Of a DNA stretch of 64,000 nt, positions 12,489-25,789 are shown one piece after another. The DNA comes from Eledone cirrhosa (Eukaryota). The notes beneath the pieces were generated by a model, which had not been told where the DNA came from, did not search any database, and worked only from the letters and a program-made list of their open reading frames with translations. A program made the position numbers and the translations under genes. The first letter of the stretch is position 1; the number at the start of each line of letters is the position of its first letter. The stretch lies in assembly GCA_964016885.1 (NCBI GenBank), contig OZ024750.1:44950001-45014000 (forward strand). The letters run 5' to 3'.

Positions 12489-12559
12489 AAGGTGGAACAT
12501 TTATTCTCGGTATGGGTATGGTGAACTAACTGTTGTGTTACACACTCATACACACACGC

Positions 12560-12648
<89 letters not shown>

Positions 12649-13253
12649 AGTATGCATATGTATTATAGTGTGTATTTAAATTACTAGCATTTAAAACATT
12701 AATTAGATGAGATCTTAATACTGGTGGATAGAGTTTAGGAATAAGTGGAAGCCACTTCCAAAATTCATTATATATACTAGCAGAAAAAACAATCTTGGGG
12801 TGGTTTTCTGCTAGCATGTGTAGTGTGTATATTGATATTATACGCAAGTATATATACATGTAGATATGATACATCAAATAACATCGTAATTTACAATATA
12901 CACAGAAATTGAACGAAGACTGCGTTACACTGTCTTATGTAATCAGTAATCTAATCCATGATACCTTAAAAAAAAGACAATATTATATATAAACTGCATT
13001 AGGAGAAAATTAGTGACAGAAATATATGAATGTTTATTTAAGCGATCGCTAACCGGAAGTGTTTACATTTGAAAATTTTAAAGAAGTGAATCTTTAAATA
13101 AGTAATAAAATATATTTAATGAACACCCTCGAAATTTAGTAGATAAATTATGTAATATTCATTCATTATTTTTCAAAGTAATCCAACTTATTTTACTAAG
13201 AGGAAAAAAAATTATAAGCTATACGCTGTCCCGCGTTTCTTACTATATTATAG

Positions 13254-13313
<60 letters not shown>

Positions 13314-13380
13314 CGAGGTTTAGCTAATAAGAAAAAGTTTCAAGATAAATTTCAAAAAATTCACTGTACTTACTATGGTT

Positions 13381-13467
13381 ACCTTTACCGAATCGGTTTC
13401 GAGTCTCAAAAATAAATGGACAGTCCTTGCGGGCTTCCATTGAAAAGATAAACTCACGTCAGAAGGT
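13381..13467 (-). ncRNA. Hammerhead motif with extended stem II (A9 to U variant)
   Basis: Minus: ACCTT-CTGACGT-GAGT...ACTC-GAAA-CCG ATT CGG-TA-AAGGT, in a (TA)n-flanked cassette 13311-13830. Confidence 0.6.
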
Positions 13468-13827
13468 TCTTTTCACTCGGAGAATATAAAATTCCCGAGT
13501 TCAAATTACGAACTGGCGCTATTCAAAATTGTTCCCGATATATATAAGCGTAATCTTATTGTTGAGCCAACTTATGCAGATTCATATGCAAATGAGATTA
13601 ATCCCCTCATTTACACAGACGAGAAAACTATATATTCTCGGCTGTTTTCAAGTCCACCATTCGCAAGCGGTGGGAGGGATCCTCCTGACGAAGGCCAGTC
13701 AAGCCTGAAACGCATAGACGGTTGTGCCCTTTGCTTCTACTGGACACCATCAGAGGGCGTTAGCTTCCCGGTGTTTGCATAGTTACGGTTTCCTAAAACC
13801 GTATTTCTTTAGAAATACGAAATTTCT

Positions 13828-13892
<65 letters not shown>

Positions 13893-14033
13893 GTGTTTTA
13901 CTATGAATTAACAGTGTTGTGTTTAACTTCATTGTTATAATATTTCTCTCTCTAAATATATATATATACATATATGTATCTATATATATATATTTATATT
14001 ATATATAAATACACACATATATATATATATATG

Positions 14034-14152
14034 TGAAGGCGTGTGGCTGAGTGGTTAAAGAATTGGATTCACAATCTTGAGATTGTGAGTTCGATTCCTG
14101 GACCGGGCGATGCGTTATGTCCTTGAGCAAGACACTTTATTTCACGTTGTTC
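14034..14152 (+). mobile_element. tRNA-derived SINE 5' part (family S2)
   Basis: GGCGTGTGGCTGAGTGGTT..GTGAGTTCGATTCC..TGTCCTTGAGCAAGACACTTTATTTCAC; homologous to 20180-20295 on the minus strand. Confidence 0.8.
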
Positions 14153-14255
14153 CTTCTACCTGGAGTTGCGACCGATAGATAGTATTAGCAACTGGAAAGA
14201 CCGACGAAAACATTGTTTCCTCGGTCCGATTTGAAGAAAGTCGATCGATCCTTTT

Positions 14256-14292
<37 letters not shown>

Positions 14293-14382
14293 GTATGCTA
14301 GGGAAAGGATCAGGGGTGTATAACACTCCACTTATCCAGCAGGCAGTATGAGGTTAGCTCAATGTCTGAGGACAGAGCCGTA

Positions 14383-15088
14383 ATATAATAAATAAATAAC
14401 AAAGAACGCTTATAGCATATGCATATCTTTACTTGCTAACATTGTTTCATCCGCACTATAAGTGGGACTCATCAGAGCATAAAGGTTAATTACATACCAT
14501 ACAAGCAATAACAAATCCAAGACATTGAAGAATGAAAGGTAATAATAGACGATAGAGGATAAGAATAAAAATAAAAATAAAAGTAAAAATAAAAATAAAA
14601 ATAAAAATAAGGGGTGCTATCAGTCACAGTTGGGCGGGGTGCTGTCAACATATAGTTACATACAAGCATACACATGGATAAGAGAACAGACAAGAGTAGA
14701 CACATGGATAAGAGAACAGACAAGAGTAGATAAGATAATGGGATTAGGTAAGAGTAGGTAAAAAATAGGTAAAAAATAGGTGAAAAACAGACTTATAATA
14801 TATATAAAAAGAAATACAAAGAAATACATAACAAACTTACATATAAAATATAAAATATAGGGTAAGGAATGAGATAAAATAATATAAAATTAAAAATTAA
14901 AAATTATATACATAGAACATAATATAGTATAATGGTAAAATAAGATAAAATAAGGTAAACTAAATTGTATAATTAAATGTAATTAAATGTAATTAAATAA
15001 ATAAATAAATAAATAAATAAAAATTAAATAAATAAATAAAATTAAAATTTTAATTTTAAAATTTTAAAATTAAAATTTAAATTTAAAT

Positions 15089-15132
<44 letters not shown>

Positions 15133-16260
15133 ATGGAGTCAAGTAAGTAAATAAATAAAATTAGATAACATGAAATGAAATAAAATAAAATGAAATAAAG
15201 TAAATTGAGATAAGATATATATTTTTTTAGAATATATCTCTTGAATATATCAGGGGCCCACGAAGGCACTAAATGTCACAGTTATGTGTATCACTTGACC
15301 AATTTTTTAAAATATATTTCTTGAAAACATCAGGGGCCCACGAAGGCACTAAGTGTCACAGTCACCAGTATCACTTGACCATTGCAAGGCAATGGAGGCG
15401 TCCCAGGTTAGGCAGTCTCGAAAGTTCACTCGAAAGTCATGGGTGTGCATTCACACAGTTGAGCGGTGGGGTAATCACAAACCGGTTCACACACGGGCAG
15501 GAGTCAAATGGTCAGAGAGAGGTGCATCGAAGGAGGTAGAAGAATTCACATGCATTAGCAAGCGAGGTGAGGTTAAAGCAAGCAGACACAGTTGTAGCGC
15601 ATACAAAATATATATAAAAAGACAGAAGATATATATAAAAAAAAAAAAAATAGCTTCAAGAGCCATTAAGTCACCGCATTGGGACATCACAAGATTGTAC
15701 ACATCAATATGTTCAGCACGTATATGCACGTATACACACCACATGCATATGCAGAGACGGTATACATATATATATATATATATATTTTTATATATATACA
15801 CAGACACATATAACCACCTACACCCATACACATATAAATGTATACACGGACACACACGCACACGCACACAGCGTAGGACACCCGGGTCAAAGCCGATATT
15901 AAATACGATATTAAATACGATATTAAACACCGAAATACCACATTAGACCAGACCCACCACCACAGGTAATATATTCAAAACAAATACATACGATGAGATG
16001 TATTAAAATAAAGTTGAAATCCTACGGAGATTATTTATTTATTATTTTATTTTTATTTTTATTTTTACTTTTATTTTTATTTTTATTCTTATCCTCTATC
16101 GTCTATTATTACCTTTCATTCTTCAATGTCTTGGATTTGTTATTGCTTGTATGGTATGTAATTAACCTTTATGCTCTGATGAGTCCCACTTATAGTGCGG
16201 ATGAAACAATGTTAGCAAGTAAAGATATGCATATGCTATAAGCGTTCTTTGTTATTTATT

Positions 16261-16267
<7 letters not shown>
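14383..16267. mobile_element. Non-coding ~1.9-kb element with ~230-bp terminal inverted repeats, each containing an intact hammerhead (14434-14479 minus, 16172-16217 plus)
   Basis: 14383-14610 is the reverse complement of 16031-16267. HHR TGCT-CTGATGA-GTCC CACT TAT AGTG C GGAT-GAAA-CAATG-TT-AGCA. Internal ~70-bp duplication at 15232/15312; no credible ORF. Confidence 0.8.
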
Positions 16268-16297
<30 letters not shown>

Positions 16298-17447
16298 TAA
16301 AAACAAACAGTTGTAGCCGAGACGGACCGGTGTCGAATTCTGTCGATCGATTGACTATTGATTAAGCGAAATCCGCTGAAGAAGCCACATGCGTCGATTA
16401 TTCATCGTTGCAAAATATATGCGGGTGTAGTGCACTCCGCTGCTGCATTAAGTGTGGCCGAAACTCGAGTGCGGCAACAATTGAATGTACCCGTTTACGT
16501 GTGTTGTATTGAAGCAAATAACTATATGTATAATCTGGGAGATTGTTTAACGTTACCTATTGAGTACGCTGATATGCAACCGGTCCAAGAAATAGTTTGG
16601 GATATATAATGCCTGAAAATACAAAGCAGGAACCTCTCCCGCCCAAAATAACCCCTAACCCTTAAGAAACAAATACCGTATATGCCGGCGTTCAAATCGA
16701 TCCGGCGCATAGGGTGACCCCTAAAATTCTGAGGTGACACAATTTTAGGCCTATATTCGCCGGATGAGATGACCCCCCAAAAATAAGTTGCAGGGGAAAT
16801 AATAATAGGGATCAACTAAATCTGCATAAGTTTGGGCTGTACATTTTCATTTTCTCAATCCCTGCTGGATGAAAGGAAGAGTGAAACTTCCCGAATCGAA
16901 ATTTGAACTTACAGCGTCTTATACATGTTAGTGGTGCGTGTGTATGTTTTTTATGAGTGTGTGTGTGTATGTATATGTGTGTGTGAGTGTGTGCATGTGT
17001 TTGTATATGGATGGGTGTATCTGTATGTAATGTAGGCATCTTTGAATGCATGACAGTGTATGTACATGTACGTGTGTTACTCTGTACGACGTATATAAGA
17101 CACACTATCATATATCATGTGTCAGGGTGAACGAGATTCAAGGAATATTTAAGCCAATTCATTTCTTCACTTGATTGAACACTTATCTCTTCAGAAACAA
17201 CCTGACACCACATATCTGGAGAAGTTGTTTTCTATAATTGTTTAATTCGGCAAATATTCATACGTCGGGTATATTAATTGCAGATGAGGAGATTTATTGC
17301 ATTCTATTTAATAAGATTTCATTTAGATATGTTTCTCTTGTCTGTTATATATATATATATATATAAACGTGTATATATATGTATGTATATATATATATAA
17401 ACGTGTATATATATATGTATATATATATATATATGTATATATATATG

Positions 17448-17557
<110 letters not shown>

Positions 17558-17567
17558 CATATACATA

Positions 17568-17599
<32 letters not shown>

Positions 17600-17611
17600 A
17601 ATATATACATA

Positions 17612-17663
<52 letters not shown>

Positions 17664-17664
17664 C

Positions 17665-17742
<78 letters not shown>

Positions 17743-18450
17743 TAGTTTTTTCTCACCTCGTGTTAAACGCTATTTGTCGCACTGGTGTGATACAGCGGTT
17801 CCAGCTATTGGAGGAATCCCAATTTTATATTAACGAAGGATGTTTTAAATAGGTGGAAAAGTGTGCAGTCCTCTTTGAACGAAGGCGCTGAATCGGAAGG
17901 ATAATAAAGGTGAAGAAAATTGAACTAAATATGTATGATCATTCAATTAACACATCGTCTCTGTTAATTCAGCTAATTATCACAAATTTCTACATCAAAT
18001 GCAATCTATGTTTTCCTTTATTTGCGTGTATATATCTTTCAACGATGTACCCCCCATTTTTTTTTGTTTGAGAAGATATACATGGGGATTTGTGTGTACA
18101 CAAAAGTATGTGCTTTATTATATTTTCCCCTATCATAGTTTATATATGAATTATTTGTTAATGTACGATATGATTTTTCAGTGTAGGCTTTTCTGTGTTT
18201 GGTCTAATGTAAAATTTAATGTGTACGTTTTACAAAGTCATTAACCTAATAGATTTGTGCATACTTGTCCAACTCTATCATGTTTATTGTCTAATATATA
18301 TTTTGTTTTTTTTCTACATGTCTAGATGCATATATATATATGTGTGTGTGCGTGCGTGTATATATATATATATATAAATATGTATGTATGCGTAAATATA
18401 TCTATATATATCTATCTATCTATCTAAAGAAAGTTTTCTATCTATCTACC

Positions 18451-18530
<80 letters not shown>

Positions 18531-18546
18531 AATATGTATGTATGCG

Positions 18547-18586
<40 letters not shown>

Positions 18587-18589
18587 CGC

Positions 18590-18648
<59 letters not shown>

Positions 18649-18751
18649 TAGATAGATAACTTTCTTTAGATATATATGTATATATATATATATATATATT
18701 TACGCATCTAGACATATAGAAAACACAAAAGATACACACACACACACATGC

Positions 18752-18786
<35 letters not shown>

Positions 18787-19356
18787 AGTGTGTGTGTGTG
18801 TATGTCTGTGTGTATGTGTCTTTGTGTGTGTATTTATCTGTGTATATTTCTGTATGAAAGACTGAATATTCTTTAGTAATGGTGCATGTCTCAGTTGACG
18901 GGAATTAAATTATAGGTGACCGATTAGAAAAGAGAGAAAAAAAATCAAAGAAACATAGAAACAATTGAAATATTTTCCAATAATTTTCTTCAAATTTCTT
19001 CAGATTTTTTTCTCGTTGTCTTATACAGATTCACCTGGAAGCCGCAGCAATAGTAGCAGCAATAGCAGCAGTAGTAGAAGCAGAGATTTTAGCGGATCTG
19101 TAATAATAATGGAAATAGGTGTGATGAAGAAGACGTTATGGAACTAATCTGAAACACACCGAGGTTATACACTGGAGAGTATCGAAGAAGTTGTTAAGTT
19201 TTCGCCTCTGTTTCATTGATTGTTGATATCAACCTGAGCAAACCAATAATTATTTTGATTTAGATAAAGATAGCCATTGATGATGTCTTCTGAAGAAAGC
19301 AAGGTCGAGAAGAGATAAAACATATACCGATAGACATGTGAACACACACACACACA

Positions 19357-19432
<76 letters not shown>

Positions 19433-19524
19433 ACCACACATACACACACACACGCACGCACGCACAAATATATACATACAACCACACTCACCCTCATGGC
19501 CACACGTATATGCATACATACATA

Positions 19525-19555
<31 letters not shown>

Positions 19556-19959
19556 CATATATAGGATATATATATATATATATAGGTGTATGTATGTGTG
19601 TGTGTGCATGTGGGAAGAGAGAGAGAGAGAAAGAGGGATTTTGTGGGTCAATCAATAGAAGTTCTCAAGCATGGGAGAGAATGATTTTCGATATTTGTTC
19701 CAACATTCTGCGATATGAGTTCAAATTACGCTGATGACATCATCGCCGGTGTGGCTGGTTATTTGTGTCAAGCGGCCTTCGAAGAATGAAAGGCAAAGTT
19801 GATACAGGTGGGATTTGATCGGAATTCTCTAGGACTTGGAAAAGTTTCTGGAAATCATTTGCCAAAGTTCTACCGATTCTGCGAATCGACTGGCTTTGCT
19901 TTAAACCTTTTGATACCCAATTTTCCAAACCCATCCTCGTTCAACAATATAGATTAAAG

Positions 19960-20295
19960 GCCCACCTTCGGTCACGACTGAACATAGAATTTGTACCTAA
20001 AACGTTCCCCTGCGAGGCACAAGTCCGGGCATGGTTGTTAGTAAAAGACCAGCAGTTGGCCATGCATATCAGCCTCCCCTCTCCACCCCACCGATGTTGT
20101 CCAAGGAACAGGCAATGACTGATACAGCTTGGCATCAGTGACGTTGCAACACATTTCTACAGCTGAGTTAACTGGAGTAACGTGAAATAAAATGTCTTGC
20201 TGAATAACACAACGCAACACCCGGTCCGAGAATCGAACTCACAACCTCACGATTGTAATTCCGATTCTCTAGACACTAAGCCATACGCCTTCACG
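19960..20295 (-). mobile_element. tRNA-derived SINE (family S2), near full length
   Basis: Minus strand begins GAAGGCGTATGGCTTAGTG..GTGAGTTCGATTCTCGGACCGGG; 3' body also seen diverged at 25075-25260. Confidence 0.75.
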
Positions 20296-20619
20296 TCAAC
20301 ACTATAATACTGTCTATTTTGATTCCTAGATTTGTCTAAAACACTTATTTCATAATTGGGTATCTTCCAATCACCAGATTAATAACTCGACAAAGGCCAG
20401 CAATTTGGAAGAAAGGTCAAGTTACATATCTTGACTCACGGGCTTGTCTGATACGTTACCTTATTGGCCGTCGATGAATAAAATAGACATTTGACCTGAG
20501 CTGGTTTTGAACTCAGAAATCGTAACGATTCTGCTAATCCAGTTCTTAAACAAACTTAATGTTGAGAAATTTACTTATGATATTAAAGTCTTCAAAACGC
20601 TTGATCATTTTCAAATTAT

Positions 20620-20707
20620 CATTATCATCATCATCAACAACAATATCACCATCATCATCATCATCATCACCAGCTTCAAGATCATCATCATCACCATCAT
20701 CAACAAT

Positions 20708-20741
<34 letters not shown>

Positions 20742-20823
20742 ACATCTTCATCATCATCATCATCATAATCATTGTCATCATCATGACTCTATCATCATCA
20801 GATCATCATCGTTGCCATCAACG

Positions 20824-20856
<33 letters not shown>

Positions 20857-20870
20857 CCATCATCGTCATA
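20620..20870. repeat. (ATC)n trinucleotide tract
   Basis: Direct observation. Confidence 0.95.
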
Positions 20871-21551
20871 ACTGTCACTATAGCTGCTGTCATCAGGAAG
20901 TCACTTATATTTGGTTTCCCAGAATCCTTTAACTTTTAAATGTTTCCGTTGATTTCATTGATGTTATATTACCCCAACTTTTTGTGCGTACAATATGTAT
21001 ATATGTGTGTATATAGGTATGTATGTATGTGTGTATGTGTGTATGTATGTGTGTATGTATGTATGTATGTATGTACGTATATATGCGTGTATATAGATAT
21101 GTATGTATGTATGTATGTATATATGTGTGTATATAGATATGTATGTATGTATGTATGTATATATGTATGTATTTATGTATGTATGTATATATGTATGCAT
21201 AACTGTATGTAGGTATGTATGTATGTGTGTATGTATATATGTGTGCATGCATGTGTGTGTATGTGCGTATGCATGTATGTATGTGTGTGTCTATGTGTAT
21301 GTATGTATGCATGTGTGTATGTATGTGTGTATATATATGTATGTATTTATTTAAATGTGTGTGCGTATGTATGTATATATGTATGTATACATGTATGTAT
21401 ACATGTATACATATATGTTTGTATAGATGAATGAGTATATGAATATCTGTATGTCTGTATATATGCATGTATGGATTGATGTAAGATGGTATGTTTATAT
21501 ATATTTATATCTATCTATCTATCTCTTTCTCTCACTCCCCCTCGCTCCCCC

Positions 21552-21582
<31 letters not shown>

Positions 21583-21839
21583 ATGCGTTTGTGTATAACC
21601 TATGCATGTACTCTCAAACTGACATGAATAAGCGTCACACGCACACTCTCGCACACACATACACAGACACATACACACATATATATATATATATATTCAT
21701 ATATATATATATAGATATACATATCTAAGTATGTGTGTGTGCGTGTAGTTGTTTCTATGTGACTGTATGACATTGAAATTCTGCGATAAGTAGTTACGGA
21801 TTTCAACGAGGTGACGAGAATTCTTTATTTCTTATAACG

Positions 21840-21915
21840 AAGAAATCCGGAAGCGGTTGTTCAAAATGGCGGAGTCTACTTCCTCTGTGTTTGGAATCGC
21901 GTCGCCATTTTCTAC
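21840..21915. promoter_or_regulatory. Candidate promoter element cluster (ETS- and YY1-like motifs)
   Basis: CCGGAAG 21847-21853, CAAAATGGCGG 21862-21872, ACTTCCT 21878-21884, CGCCATTTT 21903-21911 in a locally CpG-rich unique patch. Confidence 0.4.
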
Positions 21916-22089
21916 AATTTTTATCGAATGCATTTTCGGAGCTTTTCTTATATTGATAAAGATATATACATTTTTTGATGTTTCCTGACAACGATTCCTC
22001 TGCATTGCAGTTACCGATAGTGTACAATGTAATGTTGTCGAGTGTTAAGTCATGAGGTCTTCTCTATTTAATATAATTTTTTCTACTGT

Positions 22090-22262
22090 TGTCACAAGGC
22101 CAACAAATACCCAGTGCATTACTGGTACTTTATGTTATCGAACTCGTAATGATGAAAGGCAAAGTTTACCTCGGCGGGATTTGAACTCAGAATAGCAAGG
22201 TTATTAACTCTGTGCGTCAAGTAATGGCGTCCGACTCTCTACCGATACTGCCAGTCCACCCT
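22090..22262 (-). mobile_element. SINE family S1
   Basis: Reverse complement of the S1 consensus (CACAAGGCCA..GATGAAAGGCAAAGT..GGGATTTGAACTC..CCGATACTGCCA). Confidence 0.85.
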
Positions 22263-23099
22263 ATTTAATATAATGCTGATTTGGTATAAGTAATAAGACT
22301 TACATCATCGTGCTACGTAACTAACGAATCATTGTATATATAGACTACTAATTTCTAATGGAGTTGTAGGGGCGCTGTATTGGGCTTCTTTTGTATAACT
22401 GACTGTGCCTATCGCTCTCCATGTCTGTACACAGCAGATTTCTTGTAGAGAAGGTGAGAGTGTGTAAAAGTGAGAAATATCCAGATTCTAATGACTTCTG
22501 GAGATCATAAAGCTATATCAGACCCAATACCATTTAAACGGAAGGCAACCTTGCTCAGAAGAGGATTAAAAGGCCTATGTGTAACAATAATTAATCTTCA
22601 GTCTTGATGTTGAGGGACAGAAATGTATATAAGTGTTAGTTTCAAAAGCGGTGGTTGAGAGCAAAACTAGAGTGAAACTAGATGAAAGCTAAATAAGAGT
22701 CTGAAAGTCTACTACAAGGAGGCACCCGGCCCAAAGATGAGCCTGATATTCACATTGGTCCGAAAATATAACATCTATCTTCATAATCTATTAATGGTCC
22801 TGGAAAAGGACAAATGGTATTCTATGAAGAAGAGTACCGGATGACCCAATGTGATAGATCGATGACTATGTGTAATTTAGTGTTCTATCGATAATAGAGC
22901 TATTGGTGCCTAACTACATTGTAGGGGTGTTCAGCCCCCAGCAAATAAAAAAAAAATTGAGGTGACAAGTTTAGAGAAACACGTTTGTAGAAAATAATCT
23001 GAAAGGTAGTTGTGCAATCTCCCGCATTTCGTCACATATCTTGTATGACATACACATATTGCATACATAGGCCATTGTGAATAATAAATAAAGGATAGT

Positions 23100-24065
23100 T
23101 AGAGCTAAGGACAAATTACTTAGAGGCATTCATTCTGATTTCAAATCCCACCAGACATTTATCGATGATCATGATATAATCAACTCACCCCACACAAAAT
23201 TGCTAACATTGTGCCTATACTAGAAACCATTATAATCATCAAGCTTATGTTAAACTTATGTGCGTGTCGGACACAATACCTTGCGGTATTTTTCCTGCAT
23301 TCAAAAACTTTCTGAGTGCAACTTTGCCTTTCATCCTTCCGAGGTCAATACAATAAAGTACCTATCGTGTAGTGGATCGGATTTATTGGACCTTAATCTC
23401 CCACCAAAATTGCTGGCCTCGTGCCTGGTGAATTGGCAGTATCGGTAGAGGGTTGGAAGCCATGATTTCTAGCATAATTACGTCCCTTTACTGTCTGAGT
23501 TAAAATCCCGCTGAGGTTAACTTTGCCTTTCATCCTTACGGGGTCGATAAAATAAAGTACTAGTAATGTACTGGGTAATTGCTGGCCTTGTGCCAAAAGT
23601 AGAAACAATTATTATTATTATTATATATATAGGGCGGTGAACTGGCAGTATCGGTAGAGGGTCGGATGCCATGCTCTCTAGCATAGTTACATCCCTTTAC
23701 GGTCATAGTTCAAATCCCGTCGAGGTTAACTTTGCCTTTCATCCTTACGGGGTCGATAAAATAAAGTACCAGTAATGCACTGGTTAATTGCTGGCCTTGT
23801 GCCAAAAGTAGAAACCATTATTATTATTATTATTGAACATATTTGAGGGCGGTGACTTGTCAGTATCGGTAAAGCGTCGGACACCATGCTTCGCGGCATA
23901 GTGTTATGTCGCTTTACGTTCTGTGTTCAAATCCCACCGAGGAAACCTTTGCCTTTCATGCTTGCGGGATCGATTAAATAAAGTACCAGTAATGCACTGG
24001 GGCTGATTTAATCAACTTCCCCCTCCGCTAAAATTGTTGGCCTTGAGCCTAAATCAGAAGCCATT
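23100..24065 (+). mobile_element. Tandem cluster of ~5 S1 SINE copies (two degenerate at 23100-23430; intact at 23427-23610, 23632-23820, 23847-24065)
   Basis: Repeated S1 consensus; intact copies separated by (ATT)n tails. Confidence 0.9.
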
Positions 24066-24591
24066 ATTGAACGTATTTAATAGATTTCAGCAAAATGATC
24101 TTTAAACAGTTTCATTTTTCTCCCTCCCACCTCTATCTATTCATTCCCATATATTTCTAGCCTCGTTGTCGTTGTTGCTATTTCACTTAACGCCTCTTTT
24201 AATGCATCCTTACAAAAAGCATCAACTTCACAATAATGGGTGATTAATACTCTATTCATTTCAACGGAAACAGATTGAAAGTTGCGTCTTCTTATTTTCA
24301 TTTAATATATTTTTTTTTTCTATGAAAATGTTTTCGTAACTTTGGTGAAGTTTAGTGAAACCCTGTATTGAACCCTGCAACTGCTATCGTGATGTTTGAC
24401 TCTTCTCAATTGCTTCTCATCGGTTGAAATAAATCCTCTGAATCAGCCAACCTTGTATTGACGGAAATTGACCGTAATATCAATAACCGGAAATTGGTTT
24501 ATTGATACTATGATGTCAAACAAGATGCTCTACAATATACGTTATGGCCTTTTGTATTCTGAGTTCCAATTTCGCCGAGGTCCGTGTTGCT

Positions 24592-24833
24592 TTAACCTTT
24601 TAGCATTTAAATCGGCCATATCCTGCCAGAATTCTCTCACCTGTCTCTGTTCAAACCAGCTGTAACCAGCGGCTAATGCTGACATTTAGGTATTGTTCTC
24701 AAAATAAATAATATAAACATCTCGTATATACGATATTATGTGAGATAATCATGTGAGATAATCATGTGAGATAAAGCCTTTACTGTGAAAATATAATAGT
24801 AAATACAGAATAATGTAAATGATAAAGAGTTAA
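24592..24833 (+). mobile_element. piggyBac-like MITE inserted in a SINE remnant
   Basis: TTAA-CCTTTTAGCATTTA ... TAAATGATAAAGAG-TTAA (TTAA ends, imperfect TIRs); inverted homologue at ~45340-45568. Confidence 0.6.
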
Positions 24834-25594
24834 CATCGTCATGGGCCATAACTAAAGGGCCAGTCGATTACTGGCTCAATTTGTTTTCTTCGTTTCTTTA
24901 AAATAAATCAGCTTTAGTCAGACCATAAATGAAATGAGCTTCTCTAGGTCTATGCCTTATTTTACGACGACGCCACCACAGAGATGAAAGCTGAAGGAAT
25001 GAAGAAAGTAGATTTTTGAAGTATTACCGAGCTCAAGCTGCTTGAATGTTTTATCTGTAACTTTAGACCCTTCCTTTGGTAATGACTAACTATGGGATTG
25101 TACGTGGAAAATATCTCTCCAAGGGGCAAGACTGGATAAGGGGATTTCGTGGAAGACCAACAATCACCCGTGCATGCAGCTCCCTATATTTCACATCACC
25201 ATTGTTGACTAAGAGAAGGTAAATGTTGATACATCTTAGGTACAAGTGACATTGCAGGCGAAGTCAGAATGGAAAGTCGACAGAGTTACCGCAATATATA
25301 AAGATACTTTATTTATCGATTCCGAAAGATGAATGTAAATTTGGAAGCTGACATCAGGGGTATTTGATCTAAGACTACAAATAGTATAAAAAAGATAAAA
25401 TGAAGCATTTTAATCCGACGAACCAACAAATCTACCAATTTGGATTCAAAACAGTTGCATAAAAAGGGCTCTTAACTCCTGGTAGATTCATATGGGAATT
25501 TTGAGCATTTAAAACAAGGTAGAGCTCATCCGTGTCCACGTCGGAAGACAGCCGAATTCAAACAGAGAAAGAAAATGGTATATATATAGAGAGA

Positions 25595-25752
25595 AAATCG
25601 ACCCCAGTACTTCACCGGAATTGTATTTCGTGTCCTCGAAAGGATGAAGTCAAAGTTGACCTCGGCGGGATTTGAACTGAAAGCGATGTGAGCCAGAACA
25701 AATACCAAGACATTCAGAACGACGCTCTAACGACTTTGCCAATTCCTCGCCT
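25595..25752 (-). mobile_element. SINE family S1 (diverged)
   Basis: GAAAGGATGAAGTCAAAGTTGACCTCGGCGGGATTTGAAC. Confidence 0.75.
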
Positions 25753-25789
25753 TGCTCGCATGTGTGCGTGCTGAATTCTGGGTCTTTCC

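Noticed and set aside
16674-16790. TACCGTATATGCCGGCG as a pogo/Tigger-like TIR
   Set aside because: No clear matching second TIR or TSD seen.
19010-19147. Possible host exon after a polypyrimidine tract and CAG (Ser-rich frame)
   Set aside because: Low-complexity AGC/AGT repeat, no recognisable domain and no partner exons.
22380-22900. Unique-looking, moderately GC-rich stretch (old LINE or exon?)
   Set aside because: No open frame or diagnostic motif readable by eye.
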